The translations under genes and the position numbers were made by a program. DNA of 64,000 nt from an uncultured Pseudomonadota bacterium. Its GTDB lineage: Bacteria > Babelota > Babeliae > Babelales > RVW-14. The stretch is from positions 12,865 to 76,864 of the forward strand of contig CAZGPI010000001.1 of the NCBI GenBank assembly GCA_964527595.1. The letters run 5' to 3'. The notes beneath the pieces were generated by a model. That model did not search any database. It was not told the DNA's origin and saw only the letters and a program-made list of their open reading frames with translations. This document shows, one piece after another, positions 47,901 through 57,359 of the stretch (positions are counted from its first letter, which is position 1; every line of letters begins with the position of its first letter).

Positions 47901-48560
47901 AGCCGTTTTTCCAGCAATATCTATTTGCGTAATCTTCTCACGCTCTTTCACCTTAACATCCAGTTGTTTTTGTTGCGCGGAGAGTGATTCTTTTTCGCTG
48001 GCTAATTGCTTCTTAACAATCTCTCTTTTTCTTTTTTCCAACGTTATTTGAGTCAGATGTTCGGCCTGTTTTGTTTGGGCGTTTCTAAAATCATGCCAAG
48101 AATAAGCGGCACTAGGAATAGCCTTTGGGCCCAAACGATATTCTTCTGATGCTTTGAGCAATGCTATATGTTTCTCAATGAGTTCAATAAATTCACGCCA
48201 TAATTCTTGGTGATTCATCAAAAATTGCTTACGGGTATTGAGTATCGATCCCTTTTTGTTTAAATACTCAAAAGCAGCCTCATGCGAAATTTTCAGCCGT
48301 GCTTGCGAATCTGCAATATCGGCATTTATCTTATTAATTACTTTGATAAGCACCTTATTTGAATCGTCAGATTTTTTCTTGCTTGCAGCAAGCGTATTAT
48401 TGAGACCATCTAATAGCGAAGCCTCTGGTACACCTCCCCCCAAAAAAGGAAGATTTACCACCGACTGTATATCATTTTTGCCTGGGAATAATGCCTGAGC
48501 ATTATCTCCCACAAAAACCATAATTATTAAAAGGCTTAAAAAATTTATGTACCCCTGCAT
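44970..48560 (-). CDS. Large MscS-family mechanosensitive channel (MscK/MscM-like) with long coiled-coil N-terminus
   Basis: GLGLALKD..DFVGG.LILLERPI.IG.FI, G.V.KI..R.T, IPN, NW; multiple TMs. Confidence 0.92.
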   Translation of the reverse strand: MQGYINFLSLLIIMVFVGDNAQALFPGKNDIQSVVNLPFLGGGVPEASLLDGLNNTLAASKKKSDDSNKVLIKVINKINADIADSQARLKISHEAAFEYLNKKGSILNTRKQFLMNHQELWREFIELIEKHIALLKASEEYRLGPKAIPSAAYSWHDFRNAQTKQAEHLTQITLEKRKREIVKKQLASEKESLSAQQKQLDVKVKEREKITQIDIAGKTAAARITAVKNATDLFEQEVGLLNEKIEYSKLKIEKLAFEEKYKDDEIAILQNKLVDEKNFLGQIERRLLLDYRDVELAKAEWKEETKKALKTKEEIAKAREAKNFEKEKLNLDLEFVREKLKQMKGRGEKDYVESELAKSNAQKLNVQQQRLDREILLLDTEKDVAEALAKHKEMQYLMIEVRYRLREEHVNFDELLVNFKNQHEIEQANYKNFKEKRLEAVYSLIENKRTAERVKLKVDKLKTKKTAIFKGKEASLQTIIANYNDVRHDLLQLTQITQDFLAVCSDLINHQEIVVSSYELIVSDLESRKMTQNIWKRSSRAISLSAFIASLSEAEAIGKKFFWDTPANLAPMVMLQGLLGTTTQSVLYLLLFLILFLVTFIGVRFAIKRLFEKISRLVTLPVSQTFTLYFNIAHAIISFAQKFFVYWFPLVFLSLHILFDFRYVFCSLKSFATPYYLALFYTVSIPVLVYLSNALILQLRELNRKLSFLLFAEKLQDRFILLLSLFFYSTAILIPLRFAFLAYGAGQPVLFARVLLAAYSLFVLVIILLFFSKEDVLTIIPSNNNFLIWLKRKIEKYYYPVFGFVMGLLILSNHSIGYSNLAWYLAFAVPLSIALFYVLFLVHHSIRKYSVFLFMQEDEDEIRDKFEYAKTYYGFLVIVSFLFLLFGTVVILARIWGLDLMPTDLWQLLSETWVIQLSSGNKLGFVQFITLVLFILGGFLTSSLVYKFILNKLFDILRTEPGLQNTISRMLHYILVSLALLFGLVTIHIDSYFILSIGGILAVGLGLALKDVLTDFVGGFLILLERPIEIGNFIQIDELQGTVHKISARTTTLVTSRNHSVVIPNRELLKKTFINWGHGRFAVGFEMDVRVAHDSDPELVRRVLMSVVQSNPVVLRVPAIVVRLEGFEENALYFLVRAFISARRVRDQWEIAAQIRMETMKAFKANNIKLALPQVLNLTSGTEDGDEALAIRLGKK

Positions 48561-48581
48561 CGCGATCCCCTTTTTTTTATA

Positions 48582-49217
48582 TTAATAATTAAAGGATACT
48601 GTCTTAAATAAGTGAAACATAGGATGACTTTTCAAACAACTTAAAATCCATTCATCCATAGCTCCAAGCTTCACCAAAGCTAACCTTCGTGTTAAAAAAT
48701 CTACTTTTTGTTCATTTGTAAAGTCAACAAACAATTCAGATAGCTCTTGAAATAGCGCTAGATACTCCTGAATATCCTCACGCTTATACGAACCGATCAG
48801 GCTCAAGAATTTTATAACGCATACTTTTTTAACTATCGACTGGAGTTCATCATCAACCATAGAGCTCTGGCAAATCAAGCAACAACACTTTTCAAGGAAA
48901 AAAAACACATCGGCCGCTGGATTCTCCAAGGGTAAAAAATAATAGCAAAGCTCTAAAAGATGGTGTAGCCATATCAAATTACCATGACTTTGGTGAATTG
49001 GCGCGTACTGGATAGCAACCTGACTAGCAACCCAAAAATTACCGTCATGGTTAAGTGTTCCAGTCAGTACCATGCCTGGCCACAAGCGAGCGCATAAATC
49101 ATGTTGCTTAAGAACAACATTAATGCGGCCATGTGAACAGGTTAAGAGGGCAACTTTTTGGCGATGCGGAAAAAAACGCTTTAGAACATAGGCAACTTCT
49201 TGATTCTGTTGCAACAT
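48582..49217 (-). CDS. recO: DNA repair protein RecO-like (divergent)
   Basis: AYVLKR..KV.LLT..HGRI OB-fold start; LELC..LP.E.P..DVF. Confidence 0.65.
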   Translation of the reverse strand: MLQQNQEVAYVLKRFFPHRQKVALLTCSHGRINVVLKQHDLCARLWPGMVLTGTLNHDGNFWVASQVAIQYAPIHQSHGNLIWLHHLLELCYYFLPLENPAADVFFFLEKCCCLICQSSMVDDELQSIVKKVCVIKFLSLIGSYKREDIQEYLALFQELSELFVDFTNEQKVDFLTRRLALVKLGAMDEWILSCLKSHPMFHLFKTVSFNY

Positions 49218-49394
49218 AAACTCCCCCGTCCCTTCTTGAGTCATGCGACCGCTTATACCTTGTTGAGTAATAGTAGCATAGCATGGTTAGCGCAAAAACT
49301 TACCAAATATCCGCATTGTTGACGATCAAAAACATCCTTTGATTAACTAAAATACAGAGATAATAGCCAATAAATTCCCAGATAAAGGATTGCG

Positions 49395-50525
49395 ATGATT
49401 TATCATCTTATTGTATTCTTGTTGTTACTTTCTCCCAGCCTTCGTGGTTTTCATATAGATAACGTTAGCTCGGTGGCCAATCGCCCAACGCAACCATCGT
49501 ACATAACCCCAGAATCGGGCAAATTTTTCACACAAGTCAAAGCGCCTTTGCTGCATGAAAAAATTGCGACATCACCACAATCATTACTGCAAGCGGCAAA
49601 AGACACTTTATTATACATAAAAAACAAACATGGAAAATATTGCCAAGTACTAGAACCCTACCAACTTAAAGACATTATCTCATTTAAGCGGGTTGAAGAA
49701 ACCCTTAAATTTATCATCGAAACTATAGAAGAAGATAAAAAAACAGGAAAATATCGCATATTAAATCCCGCTTTTATTAATAAAAATTTTTCCTTTATTA
49801 AATGGAAAGCGGACAAAAAAACGGCATTAACAAATAACGCAAAAATACCAGCCAATGGAAATATTCGGTTAACCAATTACGTTATTTATTGCGTCCAGGG
49901 CAACACAACAAAAACTGCCCATTACAACTGCGCACTTTACGGATTACTTGATAAAACACTCGCAAAAAAATTTACCAAACAACAAATTTTAACCGGTATT
50001 TTTGAAAAACCGACATACAAAAACAAAGTTAAACCACTTGTTTGGCTCACCCGCAATGATTTTGAGGAGGTATTGCTTCAAGGGACAACGCTCGTAAAAA
50101 TGCCCGATCAATCATATAAAATTTTCATGGTCGACACATGCAACGGCATAAGATACGTAAAAGGTAGCATAAACCCACAAAAGCAGCAGCGTTACTGGTT
50201 CTGCCGCGAGGCAAAAAGCAATATCCAAACCATAGATGCATTCAGAAAAAGGATTCAGCTTCGAAAAAAGGTTATTTTTGCTGGCGATATCAATAACATA
50301 GGAATTGGCAAAATCATAGCGATTAAGCACATAAATCCAACAACAAAAAAATCTGAAGTTCACTTGGGCATTCTCGCCGATACCGGTGGCGCCTTTATCA
50401 ATAATCTTTATCAGCTCGATTTATTTCTCGGCATGTACAGCGATAAAAAACAACTCAAAAAACAGCAATGGCAATTTCCAAACAGTACCCAAGCATTCCT
50501 TATGTATAAACGGTCACGAGATTAA
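49395..50525 (+). CDS. MltA-like lytic transglycosylase (3D domain)
   Basis: LT.Y, LVWL....E..LQGT, C-terminal DTGGAF...LDLFLG. Confidence 0.78.
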   Translation: MIYHLIVFLLLLSPSLRGFHIDNVSSVANRPTQPSYITPESGKFFTQVKAPLLHEKIATSPQSLLQAAKDTLLYIKNKHGKYCQVLEPYQLKDIISFKRVEETLKFIIETIEEDKKTGKYRILNPAFINKNFSFIKWKADKKTALTNNAKIPANGNIRLTNYVIYCVQGNTTKTAHYNCALYGLLDKTLAKKFTKQQILTGIFEKPTYKNKVKPLVWLTRNDFEEVLLQGTTLVKMPDQSYKIFMVDTCNGIRYVKGSINPQKQQRYWFCREAKSNIQTIDAFRKRIQLRKKVIFAGDINNIGIGKIIAIKHINPTTKKSEVHLGILADTGGAFINNLYQLDLFLGMYSDKKQLKKQQWQFPNSTQAFLMYKRSRD

Positions 50526-53222
50526 TTGTTTGTTCCCCATAATTTCTTCACGCCATGCATGAGTGCCAATAATCGAATCAATTGCATATTTCCCACCCCA
50601 TTGCAAAAATTTTGATTGCTCTGGGTATAAGAAAAAAAGAGTTGTTAACAAATTATGTGCAACTTCAACCGGTTTAATCACGTCACGATCAAGAACGTGA
50701 ATAAATACGCTTTGGCATAACTGGTCTAGGTGTTTTGGGTTTTCTGCAACACCCTTAATCTTTGTGGGCTTAAACTCAACCGGCTCAAAATAAACACCCG
50801 GCAGATGTTTCTCGTTTAACGTTTTTGCCACCAATTGAGCATTAATCCATGGTGCGCCAATTTGCTGAAATGGAGAACTTGTCCCCCGCCCTTCAGAATA
50901 ATTTGTCCCTTCAATAACCACGGTCATGGGATAAGCAAATAATGCATCATGTGTTGATAAATTCGGCGATGGTGCCCGAAAATTGGCACCAAAATATTCG
51001 TCGCAAGTTCCAATACAATCAAGTACCGAAAGTTTAAGGTGATGTTTCTCGTTCACAAATTTAGCCAACCCTCCCATTGTCTGACCATGCACGAAAGGAA
51101 CCGATATTTTACCTAAAAAAGATTCACATGATGCATCGAGCATCGGCCCCTGAGCGCCCAATGCTTTTAATGGATTTGGTCGATCGAGCACAATAACTTC
51201 TATGCCTTTTTTGGCCGCAGCTTCTAATGTTAATGCCATGGTGCTCAGATAGGTATAGCAGCGCACGCCAACCTCTTGCAGATCAACCAATAAGAGATCA
51301 ATACCGTCTAGCATCTCATCGGTCGGTTTTCTGAATTTACCATGCAACGAATATATCGGACATCCCCATTTACTCACCGATTCACTTTCAACTGATGCCG
51401 CCGCTTCCTGTGAACCAAGCAATCCATGCTCAGGACTAAAAAGAGCAACTAAACGTGTACTATCATCTTGCTGCTTAACCCACTGCAAAAGAACATCAGG
51501 AAGAAATAACTCATGGCCTTGCTGTTTAATGTAACTACAATTATGGCATAACAAAGCAATGTGTTTCTTTTTCAAAAAGCGCTCAGGGTTAAGCATAAGC
51601 CGTTCGGCCCCGGTTAATGCTGGCGACGCAAATAATCGTTCACACGCAACATCAATATCAGGCATATGAAAAGCCCCTAGATTTATTATACGCGCCAACT
51701 TACCAAGCACCTGTTGTTCTCGTGGATGACCCAATGAAAAAACAATCAACCGATCGCTCAGCGCATCCAGTTTTTTTAGCCACTCTTCTTGATTTTTATT
51801 CCACTCGCCTTGACCATAAAAAAAAGTTTGTAGGATTACAACGTCATAATAACTCTTTTTGGCAAGCGCAACTAATTTAGCAATACTGGCGACACTCGAA
51901 TTATCTTTTGCATCACAAATCGCTTCAAGAAAATGAGAAACTTTATTTTTTAGTAATGATCCTAAATAACTATTTTTTTGTGATATAAACCACGCTTCAC
52001 TTGTCCTAATTTTTGGCAAATCAACCGTAACCAAAAGAACTCTTTTATTTGCCAAACCATCTATTGAAACATGCTGAACATTAGCCTTTGCCGCCAATTC
52101 TTGGGCTAATTCCTTTTCATCAAAATCCCCTGACGCCTCGGCCTCTTTTACTTTATATGTTTTTTTTGCTGTGTTTATTTTTTCAACTATAGCATCATGG
52201 TTAACCAATTGGCGCTGAGCCTCCAAATCTTCCAACGCCTCAACTAACGCACATTGTTTTTCAGGCAGCTCTGAGAAAATCAAAAGATGAAATCCAGCCT
52301 TAAGTGAAGTCATAACATCATCAAGAAAAGATTTACTCACCTTAATCTTTTTTTGTTCGTTATTAAAAGCCAGCATGGCTATATCATCGGTTATCAGAAT
52401 CACGTCGGCGTTATGATCCCTCAAGAAATTAACAACCACTTCAGACTTACTTGCCGATTTATTATCAAAATTTGAGTACTCGGCATGGCTTACCATGACA
52501 GCTGGCAAATTTTCATCAAGCGCCTTAATAAAGGGGGATACATGCTTCTGAAAATCGGCTTCTTTCAAATCTATCTTTACATCAACCAAATGCGTATCGC
52601 CTAATCCACACCCAAGCCCAGGAAAATGTTTTATGACCGGCATTACGCCTTCACTTATCAACCCTCGAGCAAAAGCTAATCCGCATTCAAAAACCTTTAC
52701 AGGGTCACTTGATAAACAACGCGTTGCCAAAACATAATTATTCGGATCAAATAAATCTAATGATGGCGCAAAAACCATGCTTGCCCCAACTGACCGTAAC
52801 TGCCTTCCGATAAGTTTTCCAGTCAAAAAGCAGGAGCTTCGTCCTCCCTGGGCAAAATTATAAGGAGCAGGAACCGACGCAAATCCTCCGGCCTCATTGG
52901 CCCGAGAAACAATGCCGCCTTCCCAATCGACCGCCACAAATAAAGGGGGGATACCAATTTTAGATGCAAGCGCCTGAAGATTTTCTATCGTTTCTTTAAT
53001 CTTTGAACGATTACTCATGTGCCACGCCTCAAGCATTACGCCGGCTGGCTTTGTTCGTTGCAGCCATAATTCAAGTGTCGATTTATCATGGGTTTTTGGT
53101 AAAGAAAAAATAAAGCGCTGCCCTATTGGTGTTTTTTTAGTAGTAGGTGCTTGAGCATATAATCCAAAACTACACGAATAAGACACTAAGACAAAAATTA
53201 TTTTTTTAAAAAACTTGCTCAC
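50514..53222 (-). CDS. Fusion of GH3 beta-N-acetylglucosaminidase (NagZ-like) and DUF1343/NamZ exo-N-acetylmuramidase
   Basis: N-terminal AVDWEGG.V.R, FAP.LD, KHFPGLG....DTH, ITDD..M; C-terminal LFSPEHG, SLHG..RKP, DLQEVGVR.YTY, LDRPNP, EGTNYSEGRGT. Confidence 0.9.
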   Translation of the reverse strand: MSKFFKKIIFVLVSYSCSFGLYAQAPTTKKTPIGQRFIFSLPKTHDKSTLELWLQRTKPAGVMLEAWHMSNRSKIKETIENLQALASKIGIPPLFVAVDWEGGIVSRANEAGGFASVPAPYNFAQGGRSSCFLTGKLIGRQLRSVGASMVFAPSLDLFDPNNYVLATRCLSSDPVKVFECGLAFARGLISEGVMPVIKHFPGLGCGLGDTHLVDVKIDLKEADFQKHVSPFIKALDENLPAVMVSHAEYSNFDNKSASKSEVVVNFLRDHNADVILITDDIAMLAFNNEQKKIKVSKSFLDDVMTSLKAGFHLLIFSELPEKQCALVEALEDLEAQRQLVNHDAIVEKINTAKKTYKVKEAEASGDFDEKELAQELAAKANVQHVSIDGLANKRVLLVTVDLPKIRTSEAWFISQKNSYLGSLLKNKVSHFLEAICDAKDNSSVASIAKLVALAKKSYYDVVILQTFFYGQGEWNKNQEEWLKKLDALSDRLIVFSLGHPREQQVLGKLARIINLGAFHMPDIDVACERLFASPALTGAERLMLNPERFLKKKHIALLCHNCSYIKQQGHELFLPDVLLQWVKQQDDSTRLVALFSPEHGLLGSQEAAASVESESVSKWGCPIYSLHGKFRKPTDEMLDGIDLLLVDLQEVGVRCYTYLSTMALTLEAAAKKGIEVIVLDRPNPLKALGAQGPMLDASCESFLGKISVPFVHGQTMGGLAKFVNEKHHLKLSVLDCIGTCDEYFGANFRAPSPNLSTHDALFAYPMTVVIEGTNYSEGRGTSSPFQQIGAPWINAQLVAKTLNEKHLPGVYFEPVEFKPTKIKGVAENPKHLDQLCQSVFIHVLDRDVIKPVEVAHNLLTTLFFLYPEQSKFLQWGGKYAIDSIIGTHAWREEIMGNKQLIS

Positions 53223-53304
53223 CAGCTACACTCCTTTTGGCTTCTAATATTATAAGTCGATTCTCTTAGGAGTGTATCACCGACAAAAAGTTTCTGTAAA
53301 TTAC

Positions 53305-53916
53305 TCAGGAAAAATAATTTCTCAAAATCGTTTTGACCACATCTATTGATATGCATGTTATGGTTAACGATGTCAACGCATAGAAAGCACCAGAAAAGCT
53401 AAAGATAAATCCAGCAAGAAGTATTACCATCAAATTCAAAATCATAAACAAATGAGATAGCTTCATCTTTGTATAATCATGCATAATTATTGATAACAAA
53501 CTGAATCCACCAGCAGAGCCTTTACTATGAAATATCAAGCCAAGGCCAACCCCAAAACCGGCACCACCTAAAATTGAAGCTATTAACATGTTATGACTAA
53601 GGGCAGGAAAGCCTTGAGTAAGAAGAACAAACAATGGAAGCACAAATGACCCAACGGCAGTTTTGATGCCAAAACTACTACCAAGCCTTTGCACCCCAAT
53701 AAAAAACAATGGTAAATTAATACCCCATTGAACATATGCCACATTAACTTTAAACAGCTTGTAAAGCACAATAGATAAACCAGGAATTCCACATGAGGCA
53801 ATTTTGTTTGGGCAAAGAAATAAGTTAAAACTAATCGAAATAATTAAGCACCCAATAATTAAAAATAGGTACTCTAAAAATTCCAGCGATTTAATATGCT
53901 TAAAAAAATGTTTCAT
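53305..53916 (-). CDS. YitT-family membrane protein (copy 2)
   Basis: FNLFL.PN.IAS.G..G, N.PLF, G.GLGL.F...GS.GG. Confidence 0.88.
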   Translation of the reverse strand: MKHFFKHIKSLEFLEYLFLIIGCLIISISFNLFLCPNKIASCGIPGLSIVLYKLFKVNVAYVQWGINLPLFFIGVQRLGSSFGIKTAVGSFVLPLFVLLTQGFPALSHNMLIASILGGAGFGVGLGLIFHSKGSAGGFSLLSIIMHDYTKMKLSHLFMILNLMVILLAGFIFSFSGAFYALTSLTITCISIDVVKTILRNYFS

Positions 53917-53942
53917 GCAATATTTCCTTCTGGTCATCAAAA

Positions 53943-53996
53943 TATAAGGGCGGCAACGTTATGCATTGCCACCGTTATATTTTATCACTTTTTCAT
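53943..53996. repeat. Hairpin duplicated from the hppA terminator
   Basis: ATAAGGGCGGCAACGTTATGCATTGCCACCGTTATA..TATCACT vs 57301-57349 ATAAAGGCGGCAACGTTATGCGTTACCGCCTTTATA..TATCACT. Confidence 0.75.
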
Positions 53997-54038
53997 AATT
54001 AAATCATCGCAATCAATATTGGCTGCGACGATTTAATT

Positions 54039-54923
54039 TCATGCAGAATATACAATCATATTGCCACGGCCAGCATGCTTTTCATCCTTGATTATTTCAA
54101 TCTCCCCTCGAGCATTAACCTCTGGCTTGTAGGCACGGCAAGATAAATGCTGAAGCGTTATATTTTTAAGAAATGGAAGTGGATAAGCCGCAAAAAATGG
54201 CATATCTGGAAAAAATTGTGCAAAAACTTCGGCCAGACATTCGGCAAATACTCGGACAATGGCAACATTGCCAACATTGTCATTAACCTGACCATACAAC
54301 AATGCAATGTGCTTTTTGCCGAAAAAGCATTCATGGTATTTATAAAATGCGTACTTAAGCAAATTACTATAAATACCATGGCCACGATAATCTGGATGGG
54401 TATATGCCGAACCATGATAAAGATATAGGCATGAATCAAGTTGATTATTACAAATTAAGTTTTTTTCAATTGGGCTTAATAGGTCGTTGGTTTCAACACA
54501 AGCCATATCCATTCGTTTGAGGGGTACGCTAAAATCACGTACCCGTTCAGCAGGAAAATAATAACAAGCATCGTCGATTAATGGCGACCCAAGACCAAAA
54601 CAAAGCTCTTCTGTTAAAATAACACCAACATCTCTTGGATCAACAACATAAAGCTTCAAAAAGCTTATTATCTGTTTTGACGCTTTATCGCATGCAACAA
54701 AAAAACGCCCTTTTCTAACATTTTTAAGAATCTCCTCTTTTTGCATATCGGGTGGAAAAACTAACAATTTGTTTTTATCATCTTCAGAAAAATGCTCATA
54801 CAACGAGACTATTCCATTAACATCAACCTCAGAGGCCTGCCGATATTTAATCCCAGCAAAAACACAAGGCACACAACACAATAAAAAACATCCTAAAATA
54901 AAACGTATCGTTAACATTTTCAT
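54039..54923 (-). CDS. Secreted GNAT-family acetyltransferase-like protein
   Basis: Signal peptide; YRQA...DV.GI..L start; AYTHPDYRGHGI acetyl-CoA motif. Confidence 0.72.
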   Translation of the reverse strand: MKMLTIRFILGCFLLCCVPCVFAGIKYRQASEVDVNGIVSLYEHFSEDDKNKLLVFPPDMQKEEILKNVRKGRFFVACDKASKQIISFLKLYVVDPRDVGVILTEELCFGLGSPLIDDACYYFPAERVRDFSVPLKRMDMACVETNDLLSPIEKNLICNNQLDSCLYLYHGSAYTHPDYRGHGIYSNLLKYAFYKYHECFFGKKHIALLYGQVNDNVGNVAIVRVFAECLAEVFAQFFPDMPFFAAYPLPFLKNITLQHLSCRAYKPEVNARGEIEIIKDEKHAGRGNMIVYSA

Positions 54924-54961
54924 AATATTCCTTAATTAAAAATAAAAATTACTTACTAAAT

Positions 54962-56047
54962 TCAAATCAATTCTCTTAAATACTGTTCATAAATAGATTT
55001 TAGCGTTATAAGACTACTTAAACTTACCCACTCATCGGCACAATGAATATTCCCGCCAACTGGATTCATTATTAAACAGGGAATGTTTTTTTGGGTAAAA
55101 AATCTTCCATCCGAAGCAGAATGGCACTTTATCACATCAATATCTTTACCGATGGCTGACCGACAAACATCAATGTATTTTTTTACATATATATTATCTT
55201 TGTCTACATTAAAAACTTCTCCGCGCGCCAATACCTCAATATGTACCGACTTATCTATCTGCTGCATAAAATCAATAATGCATTCGGCTTTATCAAGATA
55301 AATATGCCTAATATCAACAAACATCGAAGCTGAACTTGGCACCTTATTTACCGAGTCGCCACCTTCAATTTTTGCAATATTAAACGACGTCTTCCAATCT
55401 AAATGATCTTTTGGGTTTGGAAATTCAGCGATCGCCCGATTAACAACATCAAAAAGCTTCACAATCGCATTTGCACCCTTCCATGGCTCTGAAGAATGGC
55501 AACCGATTCCGGTTGTCGTTATCTTTAATTGAAGCACGCCTTTTGCCTCAGAAACTAATGAATAGCCAAATCCGCCATCAGGAACAATTGCTACATTGCC
55601 CGAATAACCCAAATCACCTAACAATCTATTAACACCATCAAACCCACCACGCTCTTCATCCGATGTCAAAAATAGGGCAACTTTTTGGCCAGAACCCTCT
55701 TGCGCCAATTGCTTGATTAATTGCATCATCACGGCAACCTGCCCCTTCATATCGGCAACACCTCTCCCATACAAACTGTCCCAATCTTGTCTTAAGGTAA
55801 AAAGTGATTTTGAAGCAGGAACAACATCAATATGCCCACAAAAAATAACATCAAATTTTGTTCCAATATGGGTTGATATAACTAACGATTTTGATTGGTT
55901 ATATTCAAATTCTTCAATGTGCAAATTACAATCTTTGAAGTAATTCTTTATGTATTCAAAACAATTGGCCACCTCTGTTGTATTAGGATAAACCGTTTCA
56001 AATGCAACTAAGTCGGTTATTGTTTTTAAAAGATTTTGCATATCCAT
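54962..56047 (-). CDS. M20-family metallopeptidase (ArgE/DapE-like)
   Basis: GHIDVVP, GRG.ADMKG, DEE.GG, HSS.PW.G.NAI, SDGRF, H..DE. Confidence 0.92.
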   Translation of the reverse strand: MDMQNLLKTITDLVAFETVYPNTTEVANCFEYIKNYFKDCNLHIEEFEYNQSKSLVISTHIGTKFDVIFCGHIDVVPASKSLFTLRQDWDSLYGRGVADMKGQVAVMMQLIKQLAQEGSGQKVALFLTSDEERGGFDGVNRLLGDLGYSGNVAIVPDGGFGYSLVSEAKGVLQLKITTTGIGCHSSEPWKGANAIVKLFDVVNRAIAEFPNPKDHLDWKTSFNIAKIEGGDSVNKVPSSASMFVDIRHIYLDKAECIIDFMQQIDKSVHIEVLARGEVFNVDKDNIYVKKYIDVCRSAIGKDIDVIKCHSASDGRFFTQKNIPCLIMNPVGGNIHCADEWVSLSSLITLKSIYEQYLRELI

Positions 56048-56051
56048 AAGC

Positions 56052-56672
56052 CTAAAGTCCTTTCGAATCCAGTTTTTTTAGGACTAATAAGGCCACGTCA
56101 ATAAAAACGCAGGTTATTATTAAAGATATAAGTGCATAAAAAGCTCCGGAAAAATTGAAGGTCAAGCCGGCCGCCAATATTACAGCAAGATTCAATATCA
56201 TAACTAAGCTCGAGAGCTTAATTTTTGTATAATCATGCATAATCTTTGCGAGCAAACTAAAACCGCCAACAGACCCGTTGCTCTTAAATACAAGGCCAAG
56301 ACCAAGCCCGACCCCAGCCCCGCCTAAAATTGAGGCTACTAATACGTTATGGCTAATGGCAGGAAACCCTTGGGTGAGCAAAACAAACAATGGAATAACG
56401 AATGAACCAAGCGCTGTTTTGAGCCCAAATTTTCCCCCACACCGCAAAACTCCAACAAAAAACAAAGGGACGTTTATGCCCAATTGAATATATGCCGTAT
56501 TGATGCCAAGTAACTTATGAAGCACAACCGACAGCCCTGGAATTCCGCCAGAGGCAATGTGGTTTGGACAAAGGAACAAATTAAAACTAACCGAAATAAT
56601 AAAGCAACCTACAATTAAGATTAGGTACTCTAAAAATTCTAGCGATGTTATCGCCTTTATGATTTTTTTCAT
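56052..56672 (-). CDS. YitT-family membrane protein (copy 1)
   Basis: Same motifs as 53305-53916; roughly two-thirds identical by eye. Confidence 0.88.
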   Translation of the reverse strand: MKKIIKAITSLEFLEYLILIVGCFIISVSFNLFLCPNHIASGGIPGLSVVLHKLLGINTAYIQLGINVPLFFVGVLRCGGKFGLKTALGSFVIPLFVLLTQGFPAISHNVLVASILGGAGVGLGLGLVFKSNGSVGGFSLLAKIMHDYTKIKLSSLVMILNLAVILAAGLTFNFSGAFYALISLIITCVFIDVALLVLKKLDSKGL

Positions 56673-56707
56673 AAATCTCTTTTTTCTTATTTGATAATTA
56701 CGCTTTA

Positions 56708-56831
56708 CCCTTCGATACGATTTTTTCGCATATGCTCAAAAATCACTCAGGGCGAGCGAAATCATAACTTGTGTCGCTCGTGGTGAGTGTTTTTCAAGCA
56801 TATTTTATATGCGAGAAAAATGTATCGAACC
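56708..56831. repeat. Inverted pair of family E palindromes
   Basis: CCCTTCGATAC-hairpin-ACTCAGGGCGAGCGA (56708-56759) and inverted TCGCTCGTGGTGAGT-hairpin-GTATCGAACC (56774-56831); short form TTCGACTACGCTCACCACGAACGA at 22786-22809. Confidence 0.8.
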
Positions 56832-57300
56832 ATGCGACTCAAAAAACCGACACAAAAATAGATACTGATTTGTAGTCAATAATAAAAATGAGGCGCTTTA
56901 GCGCCAGGTGATAAAGAGAGAAAAAGATTTTTGAGATGTGTGGATTTTATAAAAAACAGCAAGTGATGGGGTTTGATACCCACCAAAAGACGCTGACTGT
57001 TTTTTAAATTCTATCTTCATACAAATAACACATCGATATAAACATTAAAATTCTGAAATCCACTGGAATTCAATATATAGGATAAACTTAAGGTTAGCAA
57101 GCGGCTACCTGAAACCAAAATAACAGTTTAAAATAAGGGTGCAAAATGCATTGCCAAGAACACATCCCAAAAACATATGGGCCATTTCACTCATTTTTTC
57201 CTTCTAAGGTAAAGTCTTCTTCCATATGTTACTAATGAATATATTAGAACGTACAGTATAAAGTATTCATACCAAAACAACATAATTACACCTTCTTAAA

Positions 57301-57336
57301 ATAAAGGCGGCAACGTTATGCGTTACCGCCTTTATA
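57301..57336 (-). terminator. Terminator downstream of hppA
   Basis: Minus strand ATAAAGGCGGTAACG-cataa-CGTTGCCGCCTTTATTT. Confidence 0.75.
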
Positions 57337-57359
57337 ACTTAATATCACTCGTTGCGAGT

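Noticed and set aside
57105-57194. 29-codon hydrophobic minus-strand ORF MSEMAHMFLGCVLGNAFCTLILNCYFGFR
   Set aside because: Has a weak SD-like sequence but is too short to support without conservation data
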